Made by a program: the position numbers and the translations under genes. Below are positions 30,483 through 41,752 of a DNA stretch of 64,000 bases, piece after piece. The notes below the pieces were generated by a model. That model saw nothing but the letters and a program-made list of their open reading frames with translations. It was not told the origin of the DNA and did no database searches. Source of the stretch: an uncultured Planctomycetaceae bacterium (lineage in GTDB: Bacteria > Planctomycetota > Planctomycetia > Planctomycetales > Planctomycetaceae). Each line of letters starts with the position of its first letter. The first letter of the stretch is position 1. The stretch spans positions 320,001 to 384,000 of the forward strand of contig CAWFGE010000020.1 in assembly GCA_963815195.1 (NCBI GenBank). Direction: 5' to 3'.

Positions 30483-30843
30483 GCATGCGGTGTTCGACGA
30501 AGTCAGGCGACGTCTTCTCATCGCGATGGATGCCAAAAACAAAAGCCGAGCGTCGCAGTATTCTTTTGACGAGTTATGCTGTCAGGCCCTCTAGAATGCC
30601 ACGGATCCGCCGGACCCTTTCGATTCCTCGTCGCCGTTCTTTGTCGTGCCGGCTGCTTTCCGCTTGGCGCGGGCGGTCGGCATTACGGTCGAGACGATCG
30701 CGACCGTATTCGGTTCCTAAAAAACGGGCTTCTTGCTGTGGGGATGAAACCGCTCTGGCTCTGCGCAAGTTAACACTGGTGCAATCCCAGCATTGTATGC
30801 ATGATGGAGGTGCGTGACTTGATCCACAAACCAGCGAGCCGCC

Positions 30844-33819
30844 ATGCGACAAACCCTCGAAAGCCTTCGCAGATCCGCCCGGCTGGCGCTGATCGGTCTT
30901 CTTGTTCCCGGTCTGGCTGAAGCGGCCGATGCCGGGCAGAGTCTCGAAGCGTCGTTCAAAGCCCAGGTGCAGCCGTTCTTCAAAGAATACTGCGTGCATT
31001 GCCACAACGCGGACGATGCGACCTCCGGCGTGCGGGTCGATCATCTGAACCCGGCCCTCGAAGACCCGCAGATCAAGTTGTGGGAAGCCGTTCGCCGGCA
31101 ACTGGGCAAACACAACATGCCGCCCAAAGACGAGCTCCAGCCGTCCCAGGCGGACCGGCAGCGAATGCTCGACTGGATCGACGAGGCCTTGAAAACCGCC
31201 CGCGCGCGGCCGGTCCCCAAGAACGGCGGAGCGCGGCGGCTGACCGTTTCGCAGTACCGCAACACCCTCCGCGAGTTGTTGCTCCTGAAAGATGATCTGA
31301 CCGATGCCCTGCCGCCGGACGCGGTGTCGAAAGACGGCTTTGTGAACAACCGCGAAACGTTGGGGCTCTCGCCGCTGTTGTTGGAAGCCTATTTCGACAT
31401 CGCCGAGAAATCGCTCGATCGCTCGATCGTCGACCCGACGTCGAAGCCCAGGATTCAAAACTTCCGCGTCGAATTGGGGCGGGGCATCAATTCCGACCCG
31501 TGCCCCGACAACCTGATCCTGGGAGCGAACAGTTTGCTCTTGGAGAACGAGGACTTCACCGTCACGCAGTTGACGCCCGAAAAGCCGTTCGACTTCGAGC
31601 CGATGGCCATGCGGACGAAGTACCGCTTCATCGAGGGCTATCAGGGCAACGCGACCGTGCGCGGCTGGCGGGATTACGACAGCATCTACCACGCGGTCTT
31701 CGCCTGCATGCGGGGCGCCCGCGGCTATCCCAAGGGGGAGCCTTACGGCACGGTTCCCGAAGGGCTGCTGCTCCGGCCCGCGATTCCCAGTGCCGAGGTC
31801 TTCGGCGTCGACAGCACCTACGGACCGCAGGCGAATTTTAAAATCTCTCTCAGGGAACTTCCCGACGCCGGAAGTTTTCGTGTGACCGTCACCGCGGCAA
31901 AATACGACGACGGCTTGCTGCTCGATCCCGGCACGTCTTCGCAACCTGACGATGCGGCCGGCCGCGTGGTTTATCGCGATCCAAAAGACTCGCAAGCGGT
32001 GCAAATTCCCAAGCCCGGCATTTATCAGGTGGATGTCTATCCGGCATCGCCTGAAAATGCGAAACAGCGCAACAACAATCCCGAAGTCACGCTCGCCTTG
32101 GGGAAGCGGGAGTTCCGCGGGACGTTGAGGCAGCCGGCGTTTTTGGTCGTTCGCTTGCCGGCGGGGAAACTTGCGATCAAGGCGCAACTCTCCGGTCCAT
32201 TCGAGTTGGATCAAATCGTCTTGACGCCGCTGTTGGCGGAGCACGATTTGGCGCGGCGGTTTTTGGCCTTTGAAAAGCGCTTGCCGCGGCTGGGCGTGCA
32301 TTTGGGATTCCGGCGGGATTGCGGCAGCACGCTCGCGCAAGTCGGGCCCGCGCAAACCGTAGCCGGTGAGCCGCTCGCGCGTTATGTGTTTGAAGGAGCC
32401 ATCGGCAATTATCCCAACCCCGACGTGGAACAGGACAACGTGAACTACCTCGCGGGCGTTCGCGAGATCGGCGTTCGCAGCGAATACACCGACGGCCGGG
32501 ACATGCCGCGGCTGTTGCTTCGCTCCGTGGAATTTGAAGGGCCGTTTTATGCATCCTGGCCGCCCGCGGCGCATCGAAACATCTTCATCGACTCCGACCG
32601 CAAAGACGATCCGCCGGCTTATGCGCGGGAGATCATTCGCGACTTCGCGACCCGCGCCTACCGCCGGCCCGTCACGCCCGCGGAAGAAGCGACCCTGACG
32701 AAAGTCTTCCACGACTCCTGCGCCGACGGCCGGGGTTTTTATGACAGCGTGCGAGACGCGTTGTTGGTGGTGCTCACGTCGCCCCAGTTTCTGTTCTTGA
32801 TCGAGAACAGTGCTTCTCCCGCGCCCGAGCCGCTCGACGATTACGAACTGGCCTCGAAACTGTCCTACTTTCTTTGGAACGGTCCGCCGGACCGGGAATT
32901 GTTGGACCTCGCCGCCGCGGGCACGCTGCGGGGGGAGTTGGACGCTCAGACCAGGCGGCTGATCGACGATGCCCGCTTCGCGAATTTTACGAGAGAGTTC
33001 ACGTCGCAATGGCTCGCGCTCGAGAAGTTCGACGTGCTCGAGCCGGACCGCGAACGCTTTCCCGACCTCACCCGCGAGGCCCGCAAACATCTCCGCCAGC
33101 AGCCGATCGAGTTTTTCCAATACCTGGTCCGGGAAAACCTGCCCGTCAAGAATCTGATCGACGCCGATTTTGTCGTCGCGAACGAAGTGGTCGCGAGCTA
33201 TTACGATCTGAGGGACAAACCCGAGAGCGGGTTTCGATTTGTCGCCGTTCCGCGGGAACGCGGCGAGTTGGGCGGCGTGCTCGCGCAGGCGGCGATCATG
33301 GCGGGATTGTCCGACGGCCGCGAATCGAACCCGGTGAAGCGCGGGGCCTGGCTCGCGCGGAAGATCATCGCCGAGCCTCCCGAGCCTCCGCCGCCCAATG
33401 TGCCCGCTTTGGAAGAATCGACCGAGCATTTGACGCTGCGGGAACGGCTGGAAAGGCATCGCAATCAGCCGGGCTGCCTGCAGTGTCATTCCAAGATCGA
33501 TCCTTGGGGCGTTCCCTTTGAAGAATATGACGCCGGCGGCCGATTGAAACGTCAGGCGGTCGATGCCCGTTCCACATTGCCCGACAAAACCGAGGTCGCC
33601 GGCGTGGAGGATTTGAAGCGACACCTCGCGGAAGATCGGCTCGATCAGGTCGCCTTCAGCGTGCTCAAACATTTGACAATCTACGCCGCCGGGCGAAGCC
33701 TGACGTACAATGAGCTTGAGTCCTTGAGGCAAAACGGGGTAAAACTTAAACCCAAGGGTTACCGGATGCGGGACTTGATCCGCTTTGTGGTCGAGAGTCC
33801 GATGTTCCTCGAAAAATAA
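30844..33819 (+). CDS. Planctomycete PSD/DUF1592-DUF1588 domain cytochrome c protein
   Basis: [57 protein letters not shown]. Confidence 0.9.
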   Translation: MRQTLESLRRSARLALIGLLVPGLAEAADAGQSLEASFKAQVQPFFKEYCVHCHNADDATSGVRVDHLNPALEDPQIKLWEAVRRQLGKHNMPPKDELQPSQADRQRMLDWIDEALKTARARPVPKNGGARRLTVSQYRNTLRELLLLKDDLTDALPPDAVSKDGFVNNRETLGLSPLLLEAYFDIAEKSLDRSIVDPTSKPRIQNFRVELGRGINSDPCPDNLILGANSLLLENEDFTVTQLTPEKPFDFEPMAMRTKYRFIEGYQGNATVRGWRDYDSIYHAVFACMRGARGYPKGEPYGTVPEGLLLRPAIPSAEVFGVDSTYGPQANFKISLRELPDAGSFRVTVTAAKYDDGLLLDPGTSSQPDDAAGRVVYRDPKDSQAVQIPKPGIYQVDVYPASPENAKQRNNNPEVTLALGKREFRGTLRQPAFLVVRLPAGKLAIKAQLSGPFELDQIVLTPLLAEHDLARRFLAFEKRLPRLGVHLGFRRDCGSTLAQVGPAQTVAGEPLARYVFEGAIGNYPNPDVEQDNVNYLAGVREIGVRSEYTDGRDMPRLLLRSVEFEGPFYASWPPAAHRNIFIDSDRKDDPPAYAREIIRDFATRAYRRPVTPAEEATLTKVFHDSCADGRGFYDSVRDALLVVLTSPQFLFLIENSASPAPEPLDDYELASKLSYFLWNGPPDRELLDLAAAGTLRGELDAQTRRLIDDARFANFTREFTSQWLALEKFDVLEPDRERFPDLTREARKHLRQQPIEFFQYLVRENLPVKNLIDADFVVANEVVASYYDLRDKPESGFRFVAVPRERGELGGVLAQAAIMAGLSDGRESNPVKRGAWLARKIIAEPPEPPPPNVPALEESTEHLTLRERLERHRNQPGCLQCHSKIDPWGVPFEEYDAGGRLKRQAVDARSTLPDKTEVAGVEDLKRHLAEDRLDQVAFSVLKHLTIYAAGRSLTYNELESLRQNGVKLKPKGYRMRDLIRFVVESPMFLEK

Positions 33820-33833
33820 CGATCGGAAGAACC

Positions 33834-35165
33834 ATGAGCAGTGCAGTGAAAATCGACCGCCGGGCGTTTCTGCGAGGCGTGGGCGGGGCGGCGTTGGCCT
33901 TGCCGGTGCTCGATGCGATGGGCGCGGACGTGGCCGAGCAAATCCCCCGCCGATTCTGCGCCCTCTACACCGCCAACGGCATGTCGCTACCCAAGAAACA
34001 GCACGAGATCGAGGAATGGAGTTGGTTCCCCACGGCCGAACAGAGCGGCCAATTTGTGTTCGGCAAATCGACCGAACCGCTCGGCCCGTTTCGTGGTCAG
34101 TTGAGTTTTCTCGGCGGGCTCTATCATCCCAGCGGCCCCAAAGCCGACCCGCACGTCTGCTCGGACATGTGGCTCACCGGGGCGCCGCTGCATAATCCGA
34201 AGCCGGGCACTTACAACTCGGTCGGGCTCGATCAAGTCATCGCGCTTCACACGCGGCAACACTGCCGGCAGCCGTCGCTGGTGTTGTCGATCGATGCCGG
34301 AACGGGGTTTCTCTCCCGCACGGGGACGATTTCCTACAACATCGAGGGCAAACCGATCCCCGCCGAGAACAATCCCCGCCGGGTGTTTAACCGCTTGTTT
34401 CGCGGCGACCGCGTGTCGCTGAAGTCCGAACGCGAAGCCCTCAAACGGCGGATCAAGCTGGTCGATGCCGTGGCGAAAAATGCCCAGGCCCTCAGCAAGC
34501 GGCTCGGCCAGTCCGACCGCGTGCGGATGGACCAATATTTGACTTCGCTCAACGAAGTCGAATCGCGGCTTCTGGCTTCGGAGCGTTGGATCGATGTGCC
34601 GCTGAAAAAGCAGGACTATTCGCATCTCGATCTGGACGTGACCAACGAAGACGAGCCCGCGAAATACTACCAGAACATGTTCGACCTGATCGCGCTCGCG
34701 TTCGATGCCGACATCACCCGCTCGGTGACGTTTATGCTCAACCGCGAAGACGGGATGGGCATCAGCGATACGTTCCCGCTCAAGCTGGGACTCCCGCGGA
34801 CGCACCACAACCTGTCCCACGCCGGCGACAAGGACGGGCAACTCGCGTTCGCCAAGTACGACTTGTTCCTCAGCGAGCAATTGGCCCACTTCTTCGGGCG
34901 GCTCAACGAATACAAGGACCGCAGCGGCCGCGTGCTCGACAACACGATCGTGCTCTTCGGCAGCGGGGCCAGCACCACGCACAATCCCCGCAACCTGCCC
35001 ACGCTGATCGCGGGCGGGGCGAACATGGGCCTCAAGCACGGCGCGTATTGGCGGAGCGAGGAAACGCGAATGTCCAATGTCTATCTCAGCATCCTGCATT
35101 CGCTGGGCATCGAGCAGAGGGCCTTCGCCGACAGCACCGGCACCCTCAGCGGCTCGATCTTTTAG
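33834..35165 (+). CDS. DUF1552 domain protein (Tat signal)
   Basis: [40 protein letters not shown]; usual partner of DUF1592 genes. Confidence 0.9.
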   Translation: MSSAVKIDRRAFLRGVGGAALALPVLDAMGADVAEQIPRRFCALYTANGMSLPKKQHEIEEWSWFPTAEQSGQFVFGKSTEPLGPFRGQLSFLGGLYHPSGPKADPHVCSDMWLTGAPLHNPKPGTYNSVGLDQVIALHTRQHCRQPSLVLSIDAGTGFLSRTGTISYNIEGKPIPAENNPRRVFNRLFRGDRVSLKSEREALKRRIKLVDAVAKNAQALSKRLGQSDRVRMDQYLTSLNEVESRLLASERWIDVPLKKQDYSHLDLDVTNEDEPAKYYQNMFDLIALAFDADITRSVTFMLNREDGMGISDTFPLKLGLPRTHHNLSHAGDKDGQLAFAKYDLFLSEQLAHFFGRLNEYKDRSGRVLDNTIVLFGSGASTTHNPRNLPTLIAGGANMGLKHGAYWRSEETRMSNVYLSILHSLGIEQRAFADSTGTLSGSIF

Positions 35166-35184
35166 CGAGTCCAAGAACTCCTGG

Positions 35185-35245
35185 CCGGCGGCTCGCGCCG
35201 TGCCGCTCGCTTTCCATGACCGGCGGCTCGCGCCGCGCCGCTCAC
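35185..35245. repeat. Two 26-bp direct REP-like repeats between convergent genes
   Basis: CCGGCGGCTCGCGCCGTGCCGCTCGC (35185-35210) and CCGGCGGCTCGCGCCGCGCCGCTCAC (35220-35245). Confidence 0.65.
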
Positions 35246-35253
35246 GTTGTCGG

Positions 35254-36771
35254 TCAAGTGGATTCGGCTCGGATGATCGCCTGGAACAAGCCGGGCCAGG
35301 TGTGTTCGGTCGCTTCGGCGTGCACGGGAAGGCCGGCCTCGGTTGCGGCGGCGGTGGTCACCGGGCTGATCGTGGCAATCTTGGAGCGGCTTCCCAGATG
35401 AGCGCAGGCTTTCGGGCCGATGAGGTCTTTCAAATGGCGGGCGATGGAGGGGCTGCTGAGGGCGATCCAATCGACCTGCCCTTCCTCGAGCAGCGACCGG
35501 GTTTCGGGCGGAAGCTCCGTCGCATCCCGGTTTCGATAGACGACGAGCTTCTCCACATGGGCTCCGGCGCTTGCGAGTTCCGCGGGCAGCACCTCCCGGC
35601 CGCGATCGGCTCCGGCCCATAAAACCTGCTGCCCGGAGACGAGAGGTTTGAGCGCCTCCGCCAAGGCTTCGGCGCGGTAGCAATCGGGCACCACGTCGGC
35701 TCGGAGTTGATGGCGCTGCAATGTCTCGGCGGTCGCGGGGCCAATGGCAGCCAGCTTCAAATGCCCGAGCGCGCGGGCGTCCTTCCCCTGGCTCCACAGC
35801 CGATTTAACAGCGAATCGACGCCATTGGCGCTGGTGAAAATCAACCAATCGTAATCCGCGAGCCGCGATAACGCCTCGTCGATCGGTTCCCAAGACTCCG
35901 GCGGCAGGATTTCGATCGTGGGCAAGAGCACGGGCTGTGCGCCCAGTTCGAGCGCTTGCGAAATCGCCTCATCGGCTTGATGGATCGGCCGGGTGATCGC
36001 AATCGATTTGCCGAACAGCGGGCGATGCTCGAACCACGAGATTTTTTCCCGCTGAGTGACGCATTCGCCGACGATGATCAGCGAGGGGGCATGAAGGTCG
36101 GCGGCGGCGACGGCTTCGGGCAAATCGGCGAGCGGAGCGGTCACGGTTCGCTGGAGCGGCGTCGTCGCCCGGCTGATGACGCACGCGGGCGTCCGGGGAT
36201 CCTTACCCGCCGCGATCAGCGATTCGGCGATCTTCGCCAGTCGGTGCAAACCCATGTAGAACACGAGCGTTCCCGCGAAGCCGGCGAGGTTCTGATAGTC
36301 CACGCGGCTGCCGGGCTTGGTCGGATCTTCGTGCCCGGTGACAAACGCGACCGCCGAGGACTGCTCGCGGTGCGTGAGCGAAATCCCCGCGTATTCTCCC
36401 GCGGCGACGGCGGCGGTCACGCCGGGCACGACTTCAAATGGAATCCCCGCCTCCGCGAGCGCCGCTGCTTCTTCGCTGCCGCGCCCGAAGATAAACGGGT
36501 CGCCCCCCTTGAGTCGAACCACGGTCTTGCCCGCGCGGGCGCCGTCAATCAGCCGGGCGTTGATCTCGGCCTGATCGAGCACCCGCCCTTCCGGTGCCAT
36601 CGTGCGGCAGGTTCGCTCGGCGTGGGCCTCGGTGTGTCTTAGGAGGAGCGGATTGACCAGCCCGTCGTAAAGGACCACGTCCGCCTTCGCGAGACACTCT
36701 CGCCCCTTGAGCGACAACAACCCCGGATCCCCAGGCCCCGCTCCGACGAGATAAACTTTACCTAGCCCCAC
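35254..36771 (-). CDS. cobA: Uroporphyrinogen-III C-methyltransferase / uroporphyrinogen-III synthase fusion (CobA-HemD)
   Basis: [29 protein letters not shown]; HemD half [13 protein letters not shown]...[10 protein letters not shown]...AAIGPATA. Confidence 0.93.
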   Translation of the reverse strand: MGLGKVYLVGAGPGDPGLLSLKGRECLAKADVVLYDGLVNPLLLRHTEAHAERTCRTMAPEGRVLDQAEINARLIDGARAGKTVVRLKGGDPFIFGRGSEEAAALAEAGIPFEVVPGVTAAVAAGEYAGISLTHREQSSAVAFVTGHEDPTKPGSRVDYQNLAGFAGTLVFYMGLHRLAKIAESLIAAGKDPRTPACVISRATTPLQRTVTAPLADLPEAVAAADLHAPSLIIVGECVTQREKISWFEHRPLFGKSIAITRPIHQADEAISQALELGAQPVLLPTIEILPPESWEPIDEALSRLADYDWLIFTSANGVDSLLNRLWSQGKDARALGHLKLAAIGPATAETLQRHQLRADVVPDCYRAEALAEALKPLVSGQQVLWAGADRGREVLPAELASAGAHVEKLVVYRNRDATELPPETRSLLEEGQVDWIALSSPSIARHLKDLIGPKACAHLGSRSKIATISPVTTAAATEAGLPVHAEATEHTWPGLFQAIIRAEST

Positions 36772-36899
36772 ATTCGCGGCGATGGTGCTTGATCCTTTGT
36801 GTCTTTTTGCATTTTTCGTAGCGGCGGCATCTTGCCGCCGTGGATCGATCTCGGCGGCTGGAAGCCGCCGCGACGCGGGCGAGCGGCTTTCCCGTGCAT

Positions 36900-37943
36900 C
36901 TATTTCCAATACACCTTGAGCACGTACCAGACGACGATGGGCGGGATGATAAGCGTGAGGAAAAACGGGAGGAACGACAAAATCGGGAGCCAGCTCGACA
37001 CGAGCAGGGCTTTGGGAAGCAAAAAGTTGTCCACGACGACGGAACCGACGATGGCCCCGTTGATCATGAGAATTCCCATTTGCTTCCGCTCGCGCTTGTC
37101 CTCCTCGGAAAGCTTGGACATGGGCTGGCCCGCCGACGCCTTTTTTTTGCCGGCTTTCGTTTTTTTGCCCCCCGTGGCAACGGCGGTCTCTTCGACTTCA
37201 TCCCGCATGCCGGGCTTGTAGTATTCGGCGATTCCTTGATTCACCGCCCGCGGCGTGGCCATCACGATCCGCATCGGGACGCCCATGCGAAGCTGCAGCT
37301 CCTCTTCCAAATCGGGCGTGGGTTCGTGGGCGCAGGCAACGAGCAGCATCTCGTCATCGATGAACAGCGGCAGAATCGCGTTCCGTTTGACGGTGCTCCG
37401 CGGAATCTTGTCGAGCACCGAATCGTCGGGAACCATCTGGGCCAAATCGACGTACGGCCGGCCTAACTCCTGGGCGTAGGCCTCGGTCGCGGTTTCCCAA
37501 TCCGTGAGCTTCAACTGCACGACGGCGTCCCGCATGGAAAGGCCGCGGGCCTCCGCGAACTCCTCGGCTTCCTTGGCTTGCTCTTTCGTCATCACGCCCC
37601 GCTCGACCAGCACCCGCTCCATCGGCTTTTGGCCGTCGGCCTGAGCGGATTCCTCGAACTCCCGGCCCAGGCTCTCATCGTAATCCCGCTTGCGTTCCGG
37701 GTCCGTGAGACAGAGCATCGCCCGCGCCAGCTCGTTCAAGAGATCTTGCGATTCCTTTTGATATTGCCCGCTGGCGTATTTGCGAACGTGCTCGTTGAGC
37801 TTCTTGTAATTCTTTTGAATCTTGGACGGATCGTCCTCGAACTGTTTCAAGCGCAACAGTTGATAATGGTCCGGCGGACGCGGACCTTCGGGGATTCCCA
37901 ACCAGTCTTTATAAACATCCAAAGGCACGGCGTTCTCTACCAA
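36900..37943 (-). CDS. J-domain-like plus GspE-N/MshEN-like membrane protein
   Basis: [10 protein letters not shown]...PDHYQLL...[14 protein letters not shown] (J-like, no HPD); [23 protein letters not shown]...AILPL (T2SSE N-terminal-like); C-terminal TM helices. Confidence 0.7.
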   Translation of the reverse strand: MVENAVPLDVYKDWLGIPEGPRPPDHYQLLRLKQFEDDPSKIQKNYKKLNEHVRKYASGQYQKESQDLLNELARAMLCLTDPERKRDYDESLGREFEESAQADGQKPMERVLVERGVMTKEQAKEAEEFAEARGLSMRDAVVQLKLTDWETATEAYAQELGRPYVDLAQMVPDDSVLDKIPRSTVKRNAILPLFIDDEMLLVACAHEPTPDLEEELQLRMGVPMRIVMATPRAVNQGIAEYYKPGMRDEVEETAVATGGKKTKAGKKKASAGQPMSKLSEEDKRERKQMGILMINGAIVGSVVVDNFLLPKALLVSSWLPILSFLPFFLTLIIPPIVVWYVLKVYWK

Positions 37944-38074
37944 TCTACCTGCGATTTCTTTGCCAACAAATCCGGCGAGCGGCGGGCGTCAGCCGGCTGA
38001 TTGTGTTGAAAAAAGACAACGTTCACTTCACTGCGAACGATCATGGGGCTTACGCCCCACGCTCGCCTCGGAGT

Positions 38075-39652
38075 TTACTCGACGTGATACTCGGAAGCCA
38101 GCGTTTGGAAGTTCATCAAACCATCGTCGCTGAGGCCCGAATCGCGGACGATTTGGGTCTCGGCGATTTTGTTGCTGGTCAGTTCCTTCGCGGCGGCGTG
38201 AATCCGCCCCATCGCATCGTAGCGATAGGTCACTTCCACCGGCGACCCCTTGGGCAAATTGGGCGGGAGATCCGTCACGCGGAAATCGCCGATCAGCGTG
38301 CAAGCCGCCGGGTCGCGGGCTTCGCCTTCGAGAATCTCGACGTGGATCCGTTTCTGGTTGTCCGAGGTCGTCACGAACCGCTGGCTCACGCTTTTGGGGA
38401 TCTCGGTGTTCCGGGGAATCATGATGTGGTTCATCTTTCGCGACTTGTTTTCCGGGTCGGTGACCTTGACGCCCAGGGAGTGCGAATTGACGTCGGCGGT
38501 TTGCACCGCGCGGAGCCGCTTCAAAACCGCCTGGGCCAATCGCCCTTCCGAACCGGTCGCGCGGGATTCCAAGATCGCGGCGTGAATGGCCGCCCCCTGG
38601 GCCACGGCTTTTTCGGGCTCCAACTCGCGGGACGGAACGCCCTTGGTCACGTCGCGGAGCATCTGCTCGACGACCGGCATGTAGGTCGAACCGCCGACCA
38701 GCAGGACTTCATCGAGCGTCCCCGGTGCGACGCCGGCTTGCCGCATCACGAGTTCCGTGGTGTCCTTGGTCCGCTGCAGGAGGTCGCCCGTCATCCGCTC
38801 GAAATCGCCGCGGGTCAGGCTGACCGTGAGGGTTTTCCCTTTGTGATAGACGTTGATGGGCACCTGTCCCTTGCGGCTGAGTTCGCGCTTGGCGTCTTCG
38901 CATTCCTGCTCGAAGGCTTTGAGCGACTCGGGATCCTCGCGGGGGTCTTCGCCGAACTTCCGGCGGAACTGCTCGGCCACGTGGTCGACGAGGCGCCGGC
39001 TCCAATCCAGTCCCCCGAGCATCACGTCCCCGTCGGTGGCGAGCACGCGGAACTGCGTCGGGGTGTAGCGGACGACGGTCACGTCGAACGTCCCGCCGCC
39101 CAGGTCGTAAACCAGGATCGTTTTCTCTTTCATGTGCAAATCGGTGCGGCCGAGCTCGTTGCGGTTCCACGCGTAGGCCAACGTCGCGGCGGTCGGCTCG
39201 TTGATGATGTCGATTACATTCAGCCCCGCAATGCGTCCCGCGTCCTGCGTGGCCTTGCGGCGGACATCGTTGAAGTAATAAGGCACCGTGATGACGGCGT
39301 TCGCGATCGGGCCGATGCGTTTTTCCGCGTCCTGCTTGAGCTTCTTCAAGATCAAGGCCGACACGAACTCGGACGTGAGCTTTTTGTTGCGGTACACCAC
39401 ATAGTAGTCTTTGTTCCCCATCTGGCGTTTGACGGCTTCGACGATCTTGCTGGGATCTTCAATCGAGGCCCGTTCCGGCGATGGGCCGACGATGACTTGC
39501 CCCTCATCGCCCAAGAGCACCACCGAAGGCGTGATCGGGCGGTCATCCGCATTGTCGATCAACACCGCCTGCCCTTCGTCGTCGAGCTGGGAGATGGCGG
39601 AATAAGTCGTTCCCAAATCGATGCCGACGGTCTGTCCTTCCAAGAATTGCAT
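38075..39652 (-). CDS. Hsp70-family chaperone (non-canonical DnaK paralogue, no helical lid)
   Basis: VGIDLGTTYS, AVITVPYYF, INEPTAA, VYDLGGGTFDVT, LLVGGSTYMP; only 525 aa. Confidence 0.92.
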   Translation of the reverse strand: MQFLEGQTVGIDLGTTYSAISQLDDEGQAVLIDNADDRPITPSVVLLGDEGQVIVGPSPERASIEDPSKIVEAVKRQMGNKDYYVVYRNKKLTSEFVSALILKKLKQDAEKRIGPIANAVITVPYYFNDVRRKATQDAGRIAGLNVIDIINEPTAATLAYAWNRNELGRTDLHMKEKTILVYDLGGGTFDVTVVRYTPTQFRVLATDGDVMLGGLDWSRRLVDHVAEQFRRKFGEDPREDPESLKAFEQECEDAKRELSRKGQVPINVYHKGKTLTVSLTRGDFERMTGDLLQRTKDTTELVMRQAGVAPGTLDEVLLVGGSTYMPVVEQMLRDVTKGVPSRELEPEKAVAQGAAIHAAILESRATGSEGRLAQAVLKRLRAVQTADVNSHSLGVKVTDPENKSRKMNHIMIPRNTEIPKSVSQRFVTTSDNQKRIHVEILEGEARDPAACTLIGDFRVTDLPPNLPKGSPVEVTYRYDAMGRIHAAAKELTSNKIAETQIVRDSGLSDDGLMNFQTLASEYHVE

Positions 39653-39943
39653 AACTTCGCCTTTTTTACGATTGCTGACTCAAAGGGGTTCCATACGAAG
39701 AAGTTTGAAGCGTTTGTCGATGTTTGAAGGTTTGGCGGGTTTGTGAGGAAAACCCGCCCGGAAAGAAGGGAGGATCCGGGTGCCTTTATTGTGACACTGG
39801 CCCCCAGGAGTTGCAAGCGGCCAAAACCGCGGACCCCGGATTCAGCCTGTGCCTCGAGCAACGGATGAACCAGAGATTAGACAAAACGTATTCCGGAGCG
39901 TCAATCAACACCATTAAGGGATGATTAACTCGCGGCGTGCCGA

Positions 39944-41554
39944 TTATTTTTGGCGGGCTGCCCATACGGGCTCGCGGCAGGGGATGGCCACCGCGCGTCG
40001 GCGAACCGAAGGGAGCGCCGCCGATGCGGGGGTGACGACCGGTTCGGGAGCCGTGGGCGGCTCGAGGAGTTGTGGCGGCGGTTCGGCAGGCGTCTGGACC
40101 GGCCGTTCGCCGTGCATCTCTTGGCACGATTCGCACCAGAATCCCTCGTGTCCGGGCAGTCCGCAGCCGGCTCCCACGGTGCCCTGGGCGGTCCAGAGTT
40201 GGACTTCCGCCTGCCGCCAGGCGAACGCCGCTTTCAGGCGGTCGGATTCGGCTTCGAGCCTCCCCAGCCGAGCCCGGGACAGATCGAACGCCGTGATCGT
40301 CTCCTCCACGGGTTGCCGTTGTTTCAGGCGGTCGAGCTGTTCGCGCCAACTCGCCACCCGCTGGTCGGCAAGTTCCCATTCGCGGGCCGCCTTTCGCCAG
40401 GCGATGAGGGCGGCGTCCACCTCGGCCGCGACGGCGGCTTCCCGCTGGGCGAGCAGTTTCATCAGTTGCATCCGCCGAACTTCCACCTCGCGGACTTGCG
40501 ACGGCAGCGGGCACTTGTCGGCTCCCCAAAACAGCAGCGAACTCAAAACCTGATGGACTTTCACGACGACGCCCGCAGGTTCCACAGTGCCCAAGGCTCC
40601 GTCGTATTGTTGCAAGACCGCGCGGGCCAAAGGCAGCGTGGCGGGCCTGATGCGGCAGATCACCGTTCGCAGGGTCTTGAGTTCCGGCCGCATTTCTATC
40701 GCCGTCTGCACCGCCTCGCCGCGGTCCGGCGGCGGCGGCGGTTGCCCGGTTTCGCTTTGAAATCTCGGCACCTCGGCGAACGAGCCGTTCGCCCCCAACA
40801 GCACCTCTAACTTTGCCCAACCTTGAGCCAGCCCCGCATCCAAGACCTGACGTTGCTCTTCGTTGGCGAGCTTCTGCCGGTCCAACACGCCCGGCTCCAG
40901 GTCCACGTTGAGTTGGCTGTTCTTCAGCTCTTGATAATTCGCCAGCATCGCCGCGATTTCGTCCCGGCTGTTTTCCAACAGGACCTGCTGCCGTTGGGCC
41001 TCGGCGAGTTGATAAAACGCTTCCAAAGCTCCCGCCGCCGCGTCGTTGCCGTGCTTCGCCGTTCGCAACACCAGAAGCTCTTGCTGCAAGGCTTTCATAT
41101 TGGCGGGCACGCAGGGATTCCCGCCATAAAACTCCGCCGCGAGTCCGCGTTCGATCTCGGTCAACTCCCCCAGGACCGCGGCAGCCGCGGCTTGGCAGCG
41201 AACCTGCTCCGCGGTCAAAAAAACATCGTCCGCGACCACTTGCTCCGCATGAGCCGCGCGAAGCCCCATCTTGCGAACCGGAAAGTACGCGTTCGACGCT
41301 TCGGCGGGCAAAACCACGGGCCGAACGGACGCACCGGATATGTCTTTGAGGTCGCCGGCTTGCCAGGCGGAACGAAATTGATCTAATTGCCAGATCGGTC
41401 CGCTCGCACAGCCCGGTAACAATGCTCCGGCCAGCATAAAGCTGGCGATCATCGCCTTCCATCGGGACGCGAGCGAAATCCGCGGAGAGTCTGGCGGAGT
41501 CTGAACCATCGTTTCCTGATTCCCGGACAAACAAGAAGGTTGCTCATCAGTCAT
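39944..41554 (-). CDS. TolC-like outer-membrane lipoprotein (start uncertain)
   Basis: Lipobox-like ALLPGC; long helical repeats, AVQTAIEMRPEL. Confidence 0.5.
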   Translation of the reverse strand: MTDEQPSCLSGNQETMVQTPPDSPRISLASRWKAMIASFMLAGALLPGCASGPIWQLDQFRSAWQAGDLKDISGASVRPVVLPAEASNAYFPVRKMGLRAAHAEQVVADDVFLTAEQVRCQAAAAAVLGELTEIERGLAAEFYGGNPCVPANMKALQQELLVLRTAKHGNDAAAGALEAFYQLAEAQRQQVLLENSRDEIAAMLANYQELKNSQLNVDLEPGVLDRQKLANEEQRQVLDAGLAQGWAKLEVLLGANGSFAEVPRFQSETGQPPPPPDRGEAVQTAIEMRPELKTLRTVICRIRPATLPLARAVLQQYDGALGTVEPAGVVVKVHQVLSSLLFWGADKCPLPSQVREVEVRRMQLMKLLAQREAAVAAEVDAALIAWRKAAREWELADQRVASWREQLDRLKQRQPVEETITAFDLSRARLGRLEAESDRLKAAFAWRQAEVQLWTAQGTVGAGCGLPGHEGFWCESCQEMHGERPVQTPAEPPPQLLEPPTAPEPVVTPASAALPSVRRRAVAIPCREPVWAARQK

Positions 41555-41752
41555 CGGTGCCGAGAGCGGGGTTTCACCACAATCGATTCATCAACACCAA
41601 CTGGTTCAATCAATCCGAAAACCGCCTTCCGCAACGTTTGCCCGAACTTCCTGGTTTACCACGGCACAGCCGGTCGATTTGCATCCGCGTCCCGACTTCG
41701 ACCACAATGGCTTTCTGGAGACCTCTGAAACCACGCGGAAAAGGAGGGCGGC

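Noticed and set aside
30574..33732. 1052-aa minus-strand ORF and other long antisense ORFs (e.g. 38003-39727, 41606-43282, 46773-48302, 48623-50206)
   Set aside because: They are shadow frames of well-supported genes on the opposite strand, expected in high-GC DNA, and show no recognisable motifs.
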